From the IMG/VR virus record IMGVR_UViG_3300037110_000087, positions 124,001 through 188,000 of that record: a DNA stretch of 64,000 nucleotides; one strand, given 5' to 3'. Below are positions 1 through 9,731 of this stretch, one piece after another. The position numbers and the translations under genes were made by a program. The notes under the pieces were generated by a model, which searched no databases, had not been told where the DNA came from, and saw only the letters and a program-made list of their open reading frames with translations. The first letter of the stretch is position 1, and each line of letters opens with the position of its first letter.

Positions 1-13
1 TGGGAGAACAGAA

Positions 14-559
14 ATGAACCTTTTCAAGAAATATCTAGACAGACTCATGGGTCGGTCCATGACCATTCAGGCCAACAATGTCTTCCTCGATATAGACTAT
101 CGACAAGACGGCTTATTAATCACACGGACCACTGATGAGCGAATTGACTGTACTTTTCTTCTGTACAGACATTTAGTCCAGTTGATTCTCCTCCGTGGAC
201 AATTAGTAGAGAAAGATGTTTTGCCTGTTATTAACAACATCAGGAGTATTGATCTGAGTACCACCCTAGATTCAGTAAACTTTGCTGTTCGTTGGGAAAA
301 TAAAGAAGTCCAGTCTCAGGCAACCTGGAGGTTGGATTATGGAATGAAAAAGTCAGAATTTGAGGAATACGTCTTTTCCTGGTATGAAACTAGAGGCATC
401 AAAGTCCCTAAGTTGGATTATTTAATCACGAGAGATAAGACCACACGACAGACCAAAAGAGCGGAACCAGATCCTAATCTTGGACACAAATTAGTGGAAC
501 GACTTGATGCAAAAAGAGATAGTATCATAGCTCGCAATGGATCCGGAGCCAATGCTTAA
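14..559 (+). CDS. hypothetical protein (181 aa)
   Basis: ORF with an AG-rich upstream region, in a co-directional gene run. Confidence 0.6.
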   Translation: MNLFKKYLDRLMGRSMTIQANNVFLDIDYRQDGLLITRTTDERIDCTFLLYRHLVQLILLRGQLVEKDVLPVINNIRSIDLSTTLDSVNFAVRWENKEVQSQATWRLDYGMKKSEFEEYVFSWYETRGIKVPKLDYLITRDKTTRQTKRAEPDPNLGHKLVERLDAKRDSIIARNGSGANA

Positions 560-707
560 GCATTGGCTAAAGCAATTATTCTGCAAGCACATTTTTGTTT
601 TTGAGAGCAATATTCATGGCGATATGATCAATTACTTCGGAGGAGCTAGGAGTATCTGGATCTGCTCTAAGTGTCGAAAGACCAAGTTTGAGAAATTTCT
701 CCATTAA
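552..707 (+). CDS. small Cys/His protein (51 aa; CKH...CSKC), putative Zn-binding; absent from the ORF track
   Basis: Manual translation MLKHWLKQLFCKHIFVFESNIHGDMINYFGGARSIWICSKCRKTKFEKFLH*; overlaps the upstream stop; resembles a common small phage protein. Confidence 0.7.
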   Translation: MLKHWLKQLFCKHIFVFESNIHGDMINYFGGARSIWICSKCRKTKFEKFLH

Positions 708-715
708 GATAATGA

Positions 716-735
716 GAGGGGCCGAATGGCCCCTC
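716..735 (+). terminator. GC-rich hairpin GAGGGGCC-gaat-GGCCCCTC
   Basis: Perfect 8-bp stem just after the 552-707 stop; only a weak U tail (attgtt). Confidence 0.45.
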
Positions 736-765
736 ATTGTTATACTAGTATAGAGATACACACAC

Positions 766-2922
766 ATGGCCGCTTTTACTGTACCTACTCCACAAAGTCT
801 AGATCAGACTCGCTTACAAAATATTTCCCAGAATCCACCTGTTCCTACTGATCCTCAATTAGTAGCCCTGGCTCAGCAGCAGCAGTTGATTGGGATTGCG
901 CAGCCTGCCCAGCCATTGACCTCAGCTACCACTGGTCTATATAGTCTACTGGGAGGAGTATCCCAGCTTCAGCAGACAGTCGCTCAGCCCATTCAGCAGG
1001 TCCAGACCGTTATTCAGACCGCGCAAAGAGCCGGTCGTGATATTAGTGGTGTGATCAACAACTTCAATACCCTCAAGAACAGTATCTTCGGTTCTCCAGA
1101 TAATGCTAAACAAAATGCAGCTATTGCCACGGCTCCAATCAAAGGAAACCCTACTGTAACCTATTCCCCGACTGTTGAGTCTGCGGACTATATTAAGGAT
1201 CACAACAAACAGATCAACCAGTCTCAACTAGCTACAAAACCTCCTGCAGCTACTGCTAGATCGATTATTGCCGGGTCCTCAGTAGCATGGGTCCTTACGA
1301 CATCAGAACGACAGGCCCTTTGTGGTCAGGATAAATCACACATATATGATCCCATTCAGTTTTATGTTAATCCTAGCCATATTATTTATGATTTTGAGTT
1401 GAATGAGTCTCTCGAATTCAGTCAGAAAGGATATTTCTATAGCAATTGGGTTGCTACCGATGTAGCGAATCGTATTCCCGCGATCAAGATTAATTTTACC
1501 TTCCAATCCAGTAATATCCTCCCTGAGACCTATGCTACTGATACCACTATTCATTTAAATGGTAAAGCGATCAATAATGTAAGTGATTATAAGGAACCAC
1601 CAGGAATAGACAATTTCTATCGCATTCTTGATATATTCAATAGTGATCAGACTATGGATGGATCAATATTCAATGATACCAATTTAGGTAAAAAACTAGA
1701 TGGTCAACCCAACTTTTGTATCCTACAAATTTCTACTAGAATCTTCCCTCTACTGACGCTTTATGGATTCTTTACTACTGGATTGAATTTACAGGAAGAA
1801 GCTATTAATCCTTTGGGTTTTGAGACCCAATTGAGTTTTATTGCTCTTAAATCTGATCCAAATTGGTGGGAATTTCAAAAGATCAGTGATAGATATAATA
1901 ATTTCTACAAATCTTGGATCAGCGGATCCCAATTAGCAGGAACAACTTCTTCTCAGATTCAATTTAGTATAAATGCAGCATTGAACACAGCCAATACTCT
2001 CAAAAATCCAGTGGATATGAAACAAGCTGCTCTTAGGGACACTTCCATCCCGGCTCCAGTTGTTCCCTCACTCCCTGCTGGAGATACTACAGCTAATTTA
2101 TTTAAATCTGCTTATGCCCCTGATCCCAAATTTGAACTTGGTCTAGCGACTGGTACCTTGAATCTTCCTAGTTATTCAAGTCTATCTAGTCCTAATTACA
2201 CTCCCGGTGCTGTCAGTACCTCGTCCCAGAGTCTTTTGGCTGATGGTACTTCAGCCAGCACTGATACCTTGAAATTACCTACTTCTGATGGATCCGGAAT
2301 AATAGCATCTTCCACTTCTGTTATAGACCCGAGTACCGGAGCTACTGCTACTTACACCAAGTATGGTTCATTGGATTCACAATGGTCTGGTATTGCCTAT
2401 AATCTAGGTGGTTCAACCACAGCTATAGCTACTGGAAGTTCTGGAACTAACAATGGTACCCTATTGGATACCACCTCTCAGAATGGGGGTAGCGTCAGTA
2501 CTACCGCTAGTGGTATCACTGTCCCTGGAGGGAATTTAGCTGCTATTACTCAAGCGAATAATCCAGTCAATAATTTAGATAATGCTAATGCCTTCCTTAA
2601 CTCTCCTGCTGGTCAAGGGAATGCCACTTATTCGAGCGGTTCAACCACGGAAAATGGTGTTGTTACCGCTTCTTTCTCTACTGGATCCAGTGCTGTTGCA
2701 GACCCAGAGGCCCTGAAAGCCGCTGTCGCCGCAAAGGTTACTCCTAATACACCGGCTCCTGTGACCGCAGCATCGACTCCCGTTGCTGCTTCACCAGCAA
2801 CTCCTGTAGCACCAGATGTAACCCCAGCCACTGGGAAAGGTACTACTGGCTCTTATGGAGATGCGCAAGCTGGAGCAGATCTTAATAAAAATATGAATGC
2901 TGTGTTTGCTGGGATTAAATAA
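766..2922 (+). CDS. putative baseplate/tail-tube-initiator-like structural protein with S/T/G/A-rich extension
   Basis: Central FYVNP...SNW...KINFTFQSSN segment; first gene of the baseplate module; low-complexity C-terminus. Confidence 0.45.
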   Translation: MAAFTVPTPQSLDQTRLQNISQNPPVPTDPQLVALAQQQQLIGIAQPAQPLTSATTGLYSLLGGVSQLQQTVAQPIQQVQTVIQTAQRAGRDISGVINNFNTLKNSIFGSPDNAKQNAAIATAPIKGNPTVTYSPTVESADYIKDHNKQINQSQLATKPPAATARSIIAGSSVAWVLTTSERQALCGQDKSHIYDPIQFYVNPSHIIYDFELNESLEFSQKGYFYSNWVATDVANRIPAIKINFTFQSSNILPETYATDTTIHLNGKAINNVSDYKEPPGIDNFYRILDIFNSDQTMDGSIFNDTNLGKKLDGQPNFCILQISTRIFPLLTLYGFFTTGLNLQEEAINPLGFETQLSFIALKSDPNWWEFQKISDRYNNFYKSWISGSQLAGTTSSQIQFSINAALNTANTLKNPVDMKQAALRDTSIPAPVVPSLPAGDTTANLFKSAYAPDPKFELGLATGTLNLPSYSSLSSPNYTPGAVSTSSQSLLADGTSASTDTLKLPTSDGSGIIASSTSVIDPSTGATATYTKYGSLDSQWSGIAYNLGGSTTAIATGSSGTNNGTLLDTTSQNGGSVSTTASGITVPGGNLAAITQANNPVNNLDNANAFLNSPAGQGNATYSSGSTTENGVVTASFSTGSSAVADPEALKAAVAAKVTPNTPAPVTAASTPVAASPATPVAPDVTPATGKGTTGSYGDAQAGADLNKNMNAVFAGIK

Positions 2923-4727
2923 TGGGTGATAGAAGTAAAGTAACTTCGGATACCGAGAAGTTCACTAATTTAATTGATCAGAAGCTGATCCTTGGAGTCA
3001 TCGAGGCGATCGATGAGGATGCTGGGACTGTATCTGTCAAATATCTTACACAGGCTGGTAAATTTACCTTTAATATGCCTGCTCCCTTCTTTGGGAGAAC
3101 TAGTTGGATTAGAGCCTACCCAGCCCAGTCGTCTTATGTCCTGATTGGTAGAACCAAGAACGATCAAGACCCTTATATTATTGGGGTGGTGGATCAGTCA
3201 GAGCAGACTCGCTTGATGCTCAATGACGCAACGGGAGTAAATGCTACAGGAACTCCAGGAACTCTGGCTCCTGTGGATAAAGTTGCTACAGCAGCAGCTC
3301 CTCCTGGTGGCCTTCCATTTAGGAAGCTCACGGCAGGAGAGATAGAAGCCTCTAGTTCTGGAAAAGCCCAATGGTGGATGGCAGAGAATGGTGATTTTTA
3401 TACCAAGGCCGGAATACCCAGACATGTGATGTACTCGGGAGGTTCCTTTGATGAAGTCCATGCTGCCGGTCATTATCAGCTTGGTCTGGATACAACTATT
3501 GATACTGATGCTGATCAGACCTATTTTGGTGTTGTGAAAAGGGCTGTTGACTCAACTAGTTTCCAGGTCGGCCAACAGATTCAGGCCAGCCAAATCAGTA
3601 CTGAGATTGACGCCTTGCTGGCAAATAACTCAAATATTTCAGACGCTTGGAATAAACTAACAGCGGCAGGCAATACAGCTGCTTCCCTCTATACTTCGGC
3701 CCTGACGCAAGCAGTCAATAAGATCAATGGAATCAAGCTAATTAAGAACAATCTGGCTAGCTACAATCAGTTGAGTGCCTGCCTACCCTTCTTGACCTCT
3801 GCAATCAATAATTTGTATAGCTATCGAACTGCCCTATCCGCAGAAGAATTATTTGGTCAGCGATATGGTTATAGTCAGATAGATTTCGAGAACGCCTTGG
3901 TATCTCTAATGACTCAGCAAAGTGAACTCCAGTCTTTGGTCGATTATATTACAGGCCCGATTGCCAACGGATCAACGGATTTTGACACTGCTAATACTCA
4001 GGTCATGGGCGTTTCAGATCAGTCAGCAATCCAGGTTCCTTCTCTTAATTTTTCTGCGATCCTGGGAAAGACAGTTACGGATTTGAAGAACAAGCAGGCT
4101 AATGTTCAGAATACTCTGACCACTTTATTTGATGCCCTGGCCGTTCCCAAACAAGAGATTGACTCTAAATATGTCTACAAATCTTATATCTTGGAGCAGA
4201 ATTACTTTACTAAGGAATATCGAGTGGATGTTTCTTGGAAGGGATCACCGAATAAATTGTATCAGAAAGTATCTGGGAATGTTTACAATAATGTGGGTAT
4301 TAAGGAAACCAATCCTTCTACAGGTATTGGCTTAAGATCTAGAGAATCTTTTTTCTGTACTGATGGGACCGCTACGGTAATCTTCGTTGATAGCGATGGC
4401 AATGTCTCCCATATCCTAAGTCCTTCTGCCACCAATGGATACACTTTGACAGTCCCTAAGGGAGATGCCAAAGTGACACTGGGCGGAGATCTCAGTCTTA
4501 CTACAGGTGAGGCTACAATCCATATTACCAAAAATCTCACCCTAATGGTTGACAAAATGGTGGAGATTAATGCTCAAATTATTAAATTGAATGCTTCATC
4601 AAGAATGCAATTCGATAGTGATTTCATGGAAATTAATGCCAACGTTCTTAATGTGAACACCACTTCTACCACACTGCAGAGTAATGCTAGCGTGACTATA
4701 GCGACACCTAGCTTCATTCATCCATAA
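2922..4727 (+). CDS. baseplate central spike (gpV/gp5-like)
   Basis: N-terminal OB-fold-like segment (LGVIEAIDEDAGTVSVKY...WIRAYP...VLIG); C-terminal short beta-repeats typical of a spike beta-helix. Confidence 0.6.
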   Translation: MGDRSKVTSDTEKFTNLIDQKLILGVIEAIDEDAGTVSVKYLTQAGKFTFNMPAPFFGRTSWIRAYPAQSSYVLIGRTKNDQDPYIIGVVDQSEQTRLMLNDATGVNATGTPGTLAPVDKVATAAAPPGGLPFRKLTAGEIEASSSGKAQWWMAENGDFYTKAGIPRHVMYSGGSFDEVHAAGHYQLGLDTTIDTDADQTYFGVVKRAVDSTSFQVGQQIQASQISTEIDALLANNSNISDAWNKLTAAGNTAASLYTSALTQAVNKINGIKLIKNNLASYNQLSACLPFLTSAINNLYSYRTALSAEELFGQRYGYSQIDFENALVSLMTQQSELQSLVDYITGPIANGSTDFDTANTQVMGVSDQSAIQVPSLNFSAILGKTVTDLKNKQANVQNTLTTLFDALAVPKQEIDSKYVYKSYILEQNYFTKEYRVDVSWKGSPNKLYQKVSGNVYNNVGIKETNPSTGIGLRSRESFFCTDGTATVIFVDSDGNVSHILSPSATNGYTLTVPKGDAKVTLGGDLSLTTGEATIHITKNLTLMVDKMVEINAQIIKLNASSRMQFDSDFMEINANVLNVNTTSTTLQSNASVTIATPSFIHP

Positions 4728-4737
4728 GGAGATAAAA

Positions 4738-5208
4738 ATGTCAGCACTTCCTGTCAGTGATTGGGCACTCACCATGAAGCAATATGCCGACAATATCTCA
4801 CCCTGGATCACTACAGATCCAGCTGCCCTTGCTAAATTGGCGGCTAACACTACTGCTGTCAAATCGGCTATCAGTAGCATCAAGGAATCTGCCATTGCTC
4901 ACTTAAGTCCGACCCTCACTCCAGGAGTCCCTCACACTCCAAGTGCCGGTGCGATCATGATGACTAATATTGCTTCAGCGGCCAATACCACTAAGAAATA
5001 TGTCACCACCATTATGGGTACCGTCAATAAGATTGTTGCCGAAAAGACCGCCGCAGTAAACGGTACTACTGGATTGGCCGCGCATATTGCTACCCTTGAT
5101 GCTCAGGACATGAAAGTCCATGGGCTTGACCTGATGAAGACTGTTAAGACAAACACCAGCGCAATTGTGGATAATTATTCTAAAAAGTTAGATCTCTTGA
5201 AGGGCTAA
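4738..5208 (+). CDS. hypothetical virion protein
   Basis: ORF with RBS (aaggag) inside the baseplate operon. Confidence 0.55.
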   Translation: MSALPVSDWALTMKQYADNISPWITTDPAALAKLAANTTAVKSAISSIKESAIAHLSPTLTPGVPHTPSAGAIMMTNIASAANTTKKYVTTIMGTVNKIVAEKTAAVNGTTGLAAHIATLDAQDMKVHGLDLMKTVKTNTSAIVDNYSKKLDLLKG

Positions 5209-5209
5209 T

Positions 5210-6784
5210 ATGGCATTGACAGACGACCAAATTGCTGCAATAATTGCGACGATTGGAGATGCTCCATTAACGGATCTCCAGAGCGAAGCCATGGATGCTC
5301 TTAATTCCGAGGCATCTATTCAGGATGTCGCAGCCGCATCAGCTGAAGTGGCTAACGCTGCAACGGAAGCTACCGCTCAAAATGATGCAATCAATGCAGC
5401 AACAGCCGCAGCTGCGTTTATTGCATCAATCGACTCTACTTCGTTAGATCCGGATGTAATAGCCGCAGCAATAAAGGAAGCAGCAACCCAGGCAGCAACC
5501 CAGGCCATTCAAGACAATGATAATACCTTGGATCCCGCGACCCAAGCTGTTGTCATTGCAAACGCGGTAGATCAGGCTATTGCCGCTGTTACAGGGTCTG
5601 CTGGGGCCACTTCAGTCAATTGGCTCTATTATAAGGATCAGTTTACTTCAATTTCGATCCCTACGCCGACTCAGGCAACCCTCATGGATCCCAATTCTGT
5701 GGCTGGTGCGACGGATCCAGATATCCAAGAAGCCAGAGACCTGAAACAGCAGGCGGATGCTGCCTTGGTTCCTCTATTGGATGCACTTAGCCCCGCTGCC
5801 CTACAAACAGTATTTCCTGATCTTACCTTCGCAACTCCAGTATCTATTGATACTTCAAACCCTTTATATCCATTTACCACTGATCCAATGACCTTGGCAC
5901 AGAAAATGTCTCTGCCCTTCCCTCAGCAGATTGAAATGTGCTCTACTTATGCCCAGGGTCCCAATCCAATGTTACCTTCCATTGCTGCTCTCCCAGACCC
6001 TTATAATGATCCCACGATTTATGCTGATCATAAATCCCTTCTCGATATGATACTGAGTTTCATTGCAAATCTGGCCACATTACTTGCAAAGATCGCAAAG
6101 ATTATTGCAATTATCTCTGCGGCTATCACTTTCATTAAAGGTCTAATTGCTGCCTATAATAAGTACTCAAAAGCTCTTTCTAGGTATCGTGAGAAGATGG
6201 ATGAAATGACTTCTAAGAGCCCTACTCAGTCAGTGAAAGACATGTGGAATGCCAATAAACAGTCTCTCAATGTGGGCCAGGAAGCTAGTGCCAAATTTAA
6301 TACCTGCATGCAGACGACCGTTTATGAAGGTGCTGTCAATCTGGTTGATAAGAAATGGATGGGACTTATTCAGCAACCTCTAGATTTTACTAAACAAGCA
6401 CTAACTCAGCAGGGTGCCACTTTGAATTCTTCCTTGACTGGGAGTACAGCTAGTCTAACTCAAGCTATGAAAGTAGCAGACGCTGCTACCACCCAGACTA
6501 CCAATACTGCAGCTGCTCAAGCCGCTGCTCTTGTCCCAGCAGGGAATCCAGTATCCTCTATAGCATCTCTGACAGCCGCCCTGCCCAGTGTAGCTAGCGC
6601 AGGTGCTTTGACCGGCGCTGCACAGACAGCTACCTCAAGCTTGTCTAATGCCACTAGTGATATACAATCTAGACTAAGTGCTATGCCTACAAATACCACG
6701 GATCAATATTCTGCTGGTAACTCCAGTGCTTCTGTGGCGGATGTTGCTGCCTTCCAAAAAGTAATGTCGAAGATTCCAGGATAA
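5210..6784 (+). CDS. Ala-rich putative virion protein with a hydrophobic central helix
   Basis: Operon context; hydrophobic stretch MILSFIANLATLLAKIAKIIAIISAAITFIKGLI. Confidence 0.5.
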   Translation: MALTDDQIAAIIATIGDAPLTDLQSEAMDALNSEASIQDVAAASAEVANAATEATAQNDAINAATAAAAFIASIDSTSLDPDVIAAAIKEAATQAATQAIQDNDNTLDPATQAVVIANAVDQAIAAVTGSAGATSVNWLYYKDQFTSISIPTPTQATLMDPNSVAGATDPDIQEARDLKQQADAALVPLLDALSPAALQTVFPDLTFATPVSIDTSNPLYPFTTDPMTLAQKMSLPFPQQIEMCSTYAQGPNPMLPSIAALPDPYNDPTIYADHKSLLDMILSFIANLATLLAKIAKIIAIISAAITFIKGLIAAYNKYSKALSRYREKMDEMTSKSPTQSVKDMWNANKQSLNVGQEASAKFNTCMQTTVYEGAVNLVDKKWMGLIQQPLDFTKQALTQQGATLNSSLTGSTASLTQAMKVADAATTQTTNTAAAQAAALVPAGNPVSSIASLTAALPSVASAGALTGAAQTATSSLSNATSDIQSRLSAMPTNTTDQYSAGNSSASVADVAAFQKVMSKIPG

Positions 6785-6787
6785 ACA

Positions 6788-7984
6788 ATGAGAGCCTATA
6801 CTGTAGATGAACTAAATATCCTGGGTCAAAATAGGAAGACACCTAAACCAATTCTCAACCTACCGGCACCGGCTGGAGCCTCACCCATATCTCAGAATGT
6901 AGAGGATTGGTTGATCTTGATGCCAAATCCTGTCAAACAATTGTTTGTCTGGACAATCGATTATATTGTGAACAACCATGCTGGTACCTCAGTTATCGAA
7001 GCAAGATTAATGAGGGAATTGGCTGATAATCAGAATATTATCTGCAAGCAGAAGCTATGGGTGCTGGATAATCAGGTCGGCAGTATCTCTTATTTGTATG
7101 GACTAGCCCAGAATGGTATTAGCGTGACTGGAACGGCGGGACTCACGGCTCCGGATGAGGTGATACCAGTAATGAATCTCATCAGATACCCAGTCAAAGA
7201 ATCCCTTGGTGAAAGAGATAGTCTAGACTACGAATATCGTCTAAACAACTATATTTGTTCAATGGTGGCTAATACTAATTTCTTAGACTATGACAAAAAG
7301 GTATTATTAGCCTGGAAACAAGTGATATCAGATTATACAACTGGTTCACTCTCAGCCGCTCCTTCTACCATCGCTAATATGTCTGCAGGTGGAGCAGCTG
7401 CTATAGCATCGTCACCCCTGTTCTTCTCAATGACCCCGGATCCCAACGGATTAGCCTGGGGTACTAAGTTCCCGAAGCCTGCAGAATATCCAGCGTTCAA
7501 GGCTAGGATGATCCAGATCTGCGGCTCCTTGGGTATTAATCCGGATTGGCTAATGGCGGTGATGTGGGCTGAGAGTAACCTTCGTGCAGACATTGTGAAC
7601 CCAAAGGGTGGTGCCACTGGACTTATCCAATTCATGCCCTCAACAGCCATAGGTCTGGGGACCACTACCGGTGCTCTCCGTGTCATGACGGCCACTCAGC
7701 AATTGGACTACGTGTACAAATATTTCCAATCTTTTGCAGGAAAGATGCACAGCGTAGGTGATGTTTACGCTGTGATCTTTATGCCGATTGCATTAGGGAA
7801 AGATTCAAACACAACCCTAGGACAGAAAGGTAATTACTCTTATCTATCGGGAAAGCTGACCTACAACGCAGTCTATGAAGGCAATCCAGGATTGGATTTG
7901 AATAGAGATGGAATAATCACTGCGGCTGAGTTAACCTCAAGAGCGACCACCTCTCTGACGATTGGATCCAGAAACAGGGCATAA
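6788..7984 (+). CDS. virion-associated lytic transglycosylase (SLT/lysozyme-like C-terminal domain)
   Basis: WLMAVMWAES (catalytic Glu) followed by GATGLIQFMPSTA and QQLDYVYKYF. Confidence 0.8.
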   Translation: MRAYTVDELNILGQNRKTPKPILNLPAPAGASPISQNVEDWLILMPNPVKQLFVWTIDYIVNNHAGTSVIEARLMRELADNQNIICKQKLWVLDNQVGSISYLYGLAQNGISVTGTAGLTAPDEVIPVMNLIRYPVKESLGERDSLDYEYRLNNYICSMVANTNFLDYDKKVLLAWKQVISDYTTGSLSAAPSTIANMSAGGAAAIASSPLFFSMTPDPNGLAWGTKFPKPAEYPAFKARMIQICGSLGINPDWLMAVMWAESNLRADIVNPKGGATGLIQFMPSTAIGLGTTTGALRVMTATQQLDYVYKYFQSFAGKMHSVGDVYAVIFMPIALGKDSNTTLGQKGNYSYLSGKLTYNAVYEGNPGLDLNRDGIITAAELTSRATTSLTIGSRNRA

Positions 7985-8038
7985 ATCCTGTTGGAATTTG
8001 TGGTTTCCAGTATTGATACAATTGAGTAGGAGATAGAA

Positions 8039-8416
8039 GTGACCTATTCGCTCATGATAGTAGATGGAGACATGGTAGCCGATAGTAGAGGTAGGTGTAT
8101 TACTACTACCTCTCGTGAGAAGGTCGCTAACGCGGTCAATTATTATCTGAGCAATTCTCCTTATTTCTCTGGAATTATGAATTCGGTACAAGCGGATCCA
8201 ATTTCGAACGAATTCCTGGTTCGGACTGCAGTCACTAATACTATGGATGATATAGTTGCAAAATACAGCTCAATGACATGGTTACCTGATGATGAAAGAA
8301 TCAAGAGTGTCAGTGACCTTCAGATTTTCGCAATAGATGCTACTGGATTCGCCTTCACAGTGAGTGTTATTACTTATGCAGGCACAATATTCTCGCTGAA
8401 TTTACAGAGGTATTAA
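8039..8416 (+). CDS. gp25/gpW-like baseplate wedge subunit
   Basis: 125 aa, immediately upstream of the J-like gene; GTG start with RBS. Confidence 0.55.
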   Translation: MTYSLMIVDGDMVADSRGRCITTTSREKVANAVNYYLSNSPYFSGIMNSVQADPISNEFLVRTAVTNTMDDIVAKYSSMTWLPDDERIKSVSDLQIFAIDATGFAFTVSVITYAGTIFSLNLQRY

Positions 8417-8417
8417 G

Positions 8418-9731
8418 TTGGATACTACGAATCAGATTATTAGTAATCTTCAGCAAACACTGAATCAGATCAATCCCTCTATTGATGTAGATGATCCCAT
8501 CATCCAGGATATCGCTATCAATTTTGGGGCAAATATCACTTATGATATCCAAACTAGAGTTAACAATATTCAGACCAAGTTCGGAGGTAGCACACTCTCT
8601 GCCATGTCTGATTCTGAATTAGATCAGTATGCAGCGGCTACTTATGGACTCCAACGCGACCCAGGGACTTCAGCAGTAGGATCAGTGTTCATCCTAACCA
8701 CAGACAGTAGTCAGGATATTAGTATCCCAGCCGGTTCTATCGTAAGTACTAATGATGGGGTTTGGATGTTTTCTATTACTAGTCCAGTCTATATCCCACA
8801 GGCTAGTGTTCAGAATTTTTTCAATCCCGCTACTGGATATTACGAGTTCCTTTGTAATATCCAGGCTACCTCACCCGGAACAGATTATAGAGTAGCTGCT
8901 TACCGAATTGGAACTCTGGGTAGTCCATTGTCTTTTAATGCTACAGTAGTAAATCGAGAACCCACTTCTGGTGGGACCGATCCCGAAACCACTGCTGATT
9001 TGATCCAAAAGATTCAATATTACAGGGCTGCTTTTGATGTTAATTCGGAATATGACCTTAAATCGACAATTATTAATAATATTCCTACAATTACAGATGT
9101 GGTATTCAATAAACCCCATAGGGAAGCAAACCTGATTGAAGCATACTATATTGGTATTGATGCAACATCGGCCACCTATCAGACTACCATTGGAACTAAT
9201 CTATTAACAATTTTCCAGCTTCCTAATGCTCCTATTAGAGAAGTGGACTCCGTGGTTCTTGATGGGGTTTTGCTAAACCCTTCCGATTATGCTTATAATA
9301 CTACCTCCTTGGCTCTTAGTAATAATGTTTCAGTGGCAGCCGGTCAGAACTTGTATGTCTTGTATCAGTATAACCAGATTAATACCGAATTGAGCGCTTT
9401 CTTCGCTAGTCAAGCGGATATCCATCAGACTCTCTGGATCCCCAAAGAAGCCATACCAGTATCAATCTCAATTGATTGTCAGGTGAAATTATCCAGTTTG
9501 ATCCTAGCTGAAGAAACCACCGGAGATATCGTGGATGCTTTGATGAGTTTGATCAATACCCAATCATTCATCGCCAGCATCAGTGGAGAAACCCTCGCCA
9601 CCCAATTGAAACAGAGTATGTCTAATTTGTTAAAGGTGACAATCACTATTAATGATCTTCCCTATATTGCCTTTAGTCTCGGTCAATATCCCGTTCTGAC
9701 CATAGATAACATCACCGTGGAGCAGACCTAA
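8418..9731 (+). CDS. baseplate J-like wedge protein
   Basis: LDQYAA..YGLQR, IPAGSIVST, VVNREPTSGGTDPET motifs of Baseplate_J. Confidence 0.85.
   Translation: MDTTNQIISNLQQTLNQINPSIDVDDPIIQDIAINFGANITYDIQTRVNNIQTKFGGSTLSAMSDSELDQYAAATYGLQRDPGTSAVGSVFILTTDSSQDISIPAGSIVSTNDGVWMFSITSPVYIPQASVQNFFNPATGYYEFLCNIQATSPGTDYRVAAYRIGTLGSPLSFNATVVNREPTSGGTDPETTADLIQKIQYYRAAFDVNSEYDLKSTIINNIPTITDVVFNKPHREANLIEAYYIGIDATSATYQTTIGTNLLTIFQLPNAPIREVDSVVLDGVLLNPSDYAYNTTSLALSNNVSVAAGQNLYVLYQYNQINTELSAFFASQADIHQTLWIPKEAIPVSISIDCQVKLSSLILAEETTGDIVDALMSLINTQSFIASISGETLATQLKQSMSNLLKVTITINDLPYIAFSLGQYPVLTIDNITVEQT

Noticed and set aside
576-767. Minus-strand 63-aa ORF
   Set aside because: It overlaps the better-supported + strand 552-707 Cys/His ORF and the hairpin.
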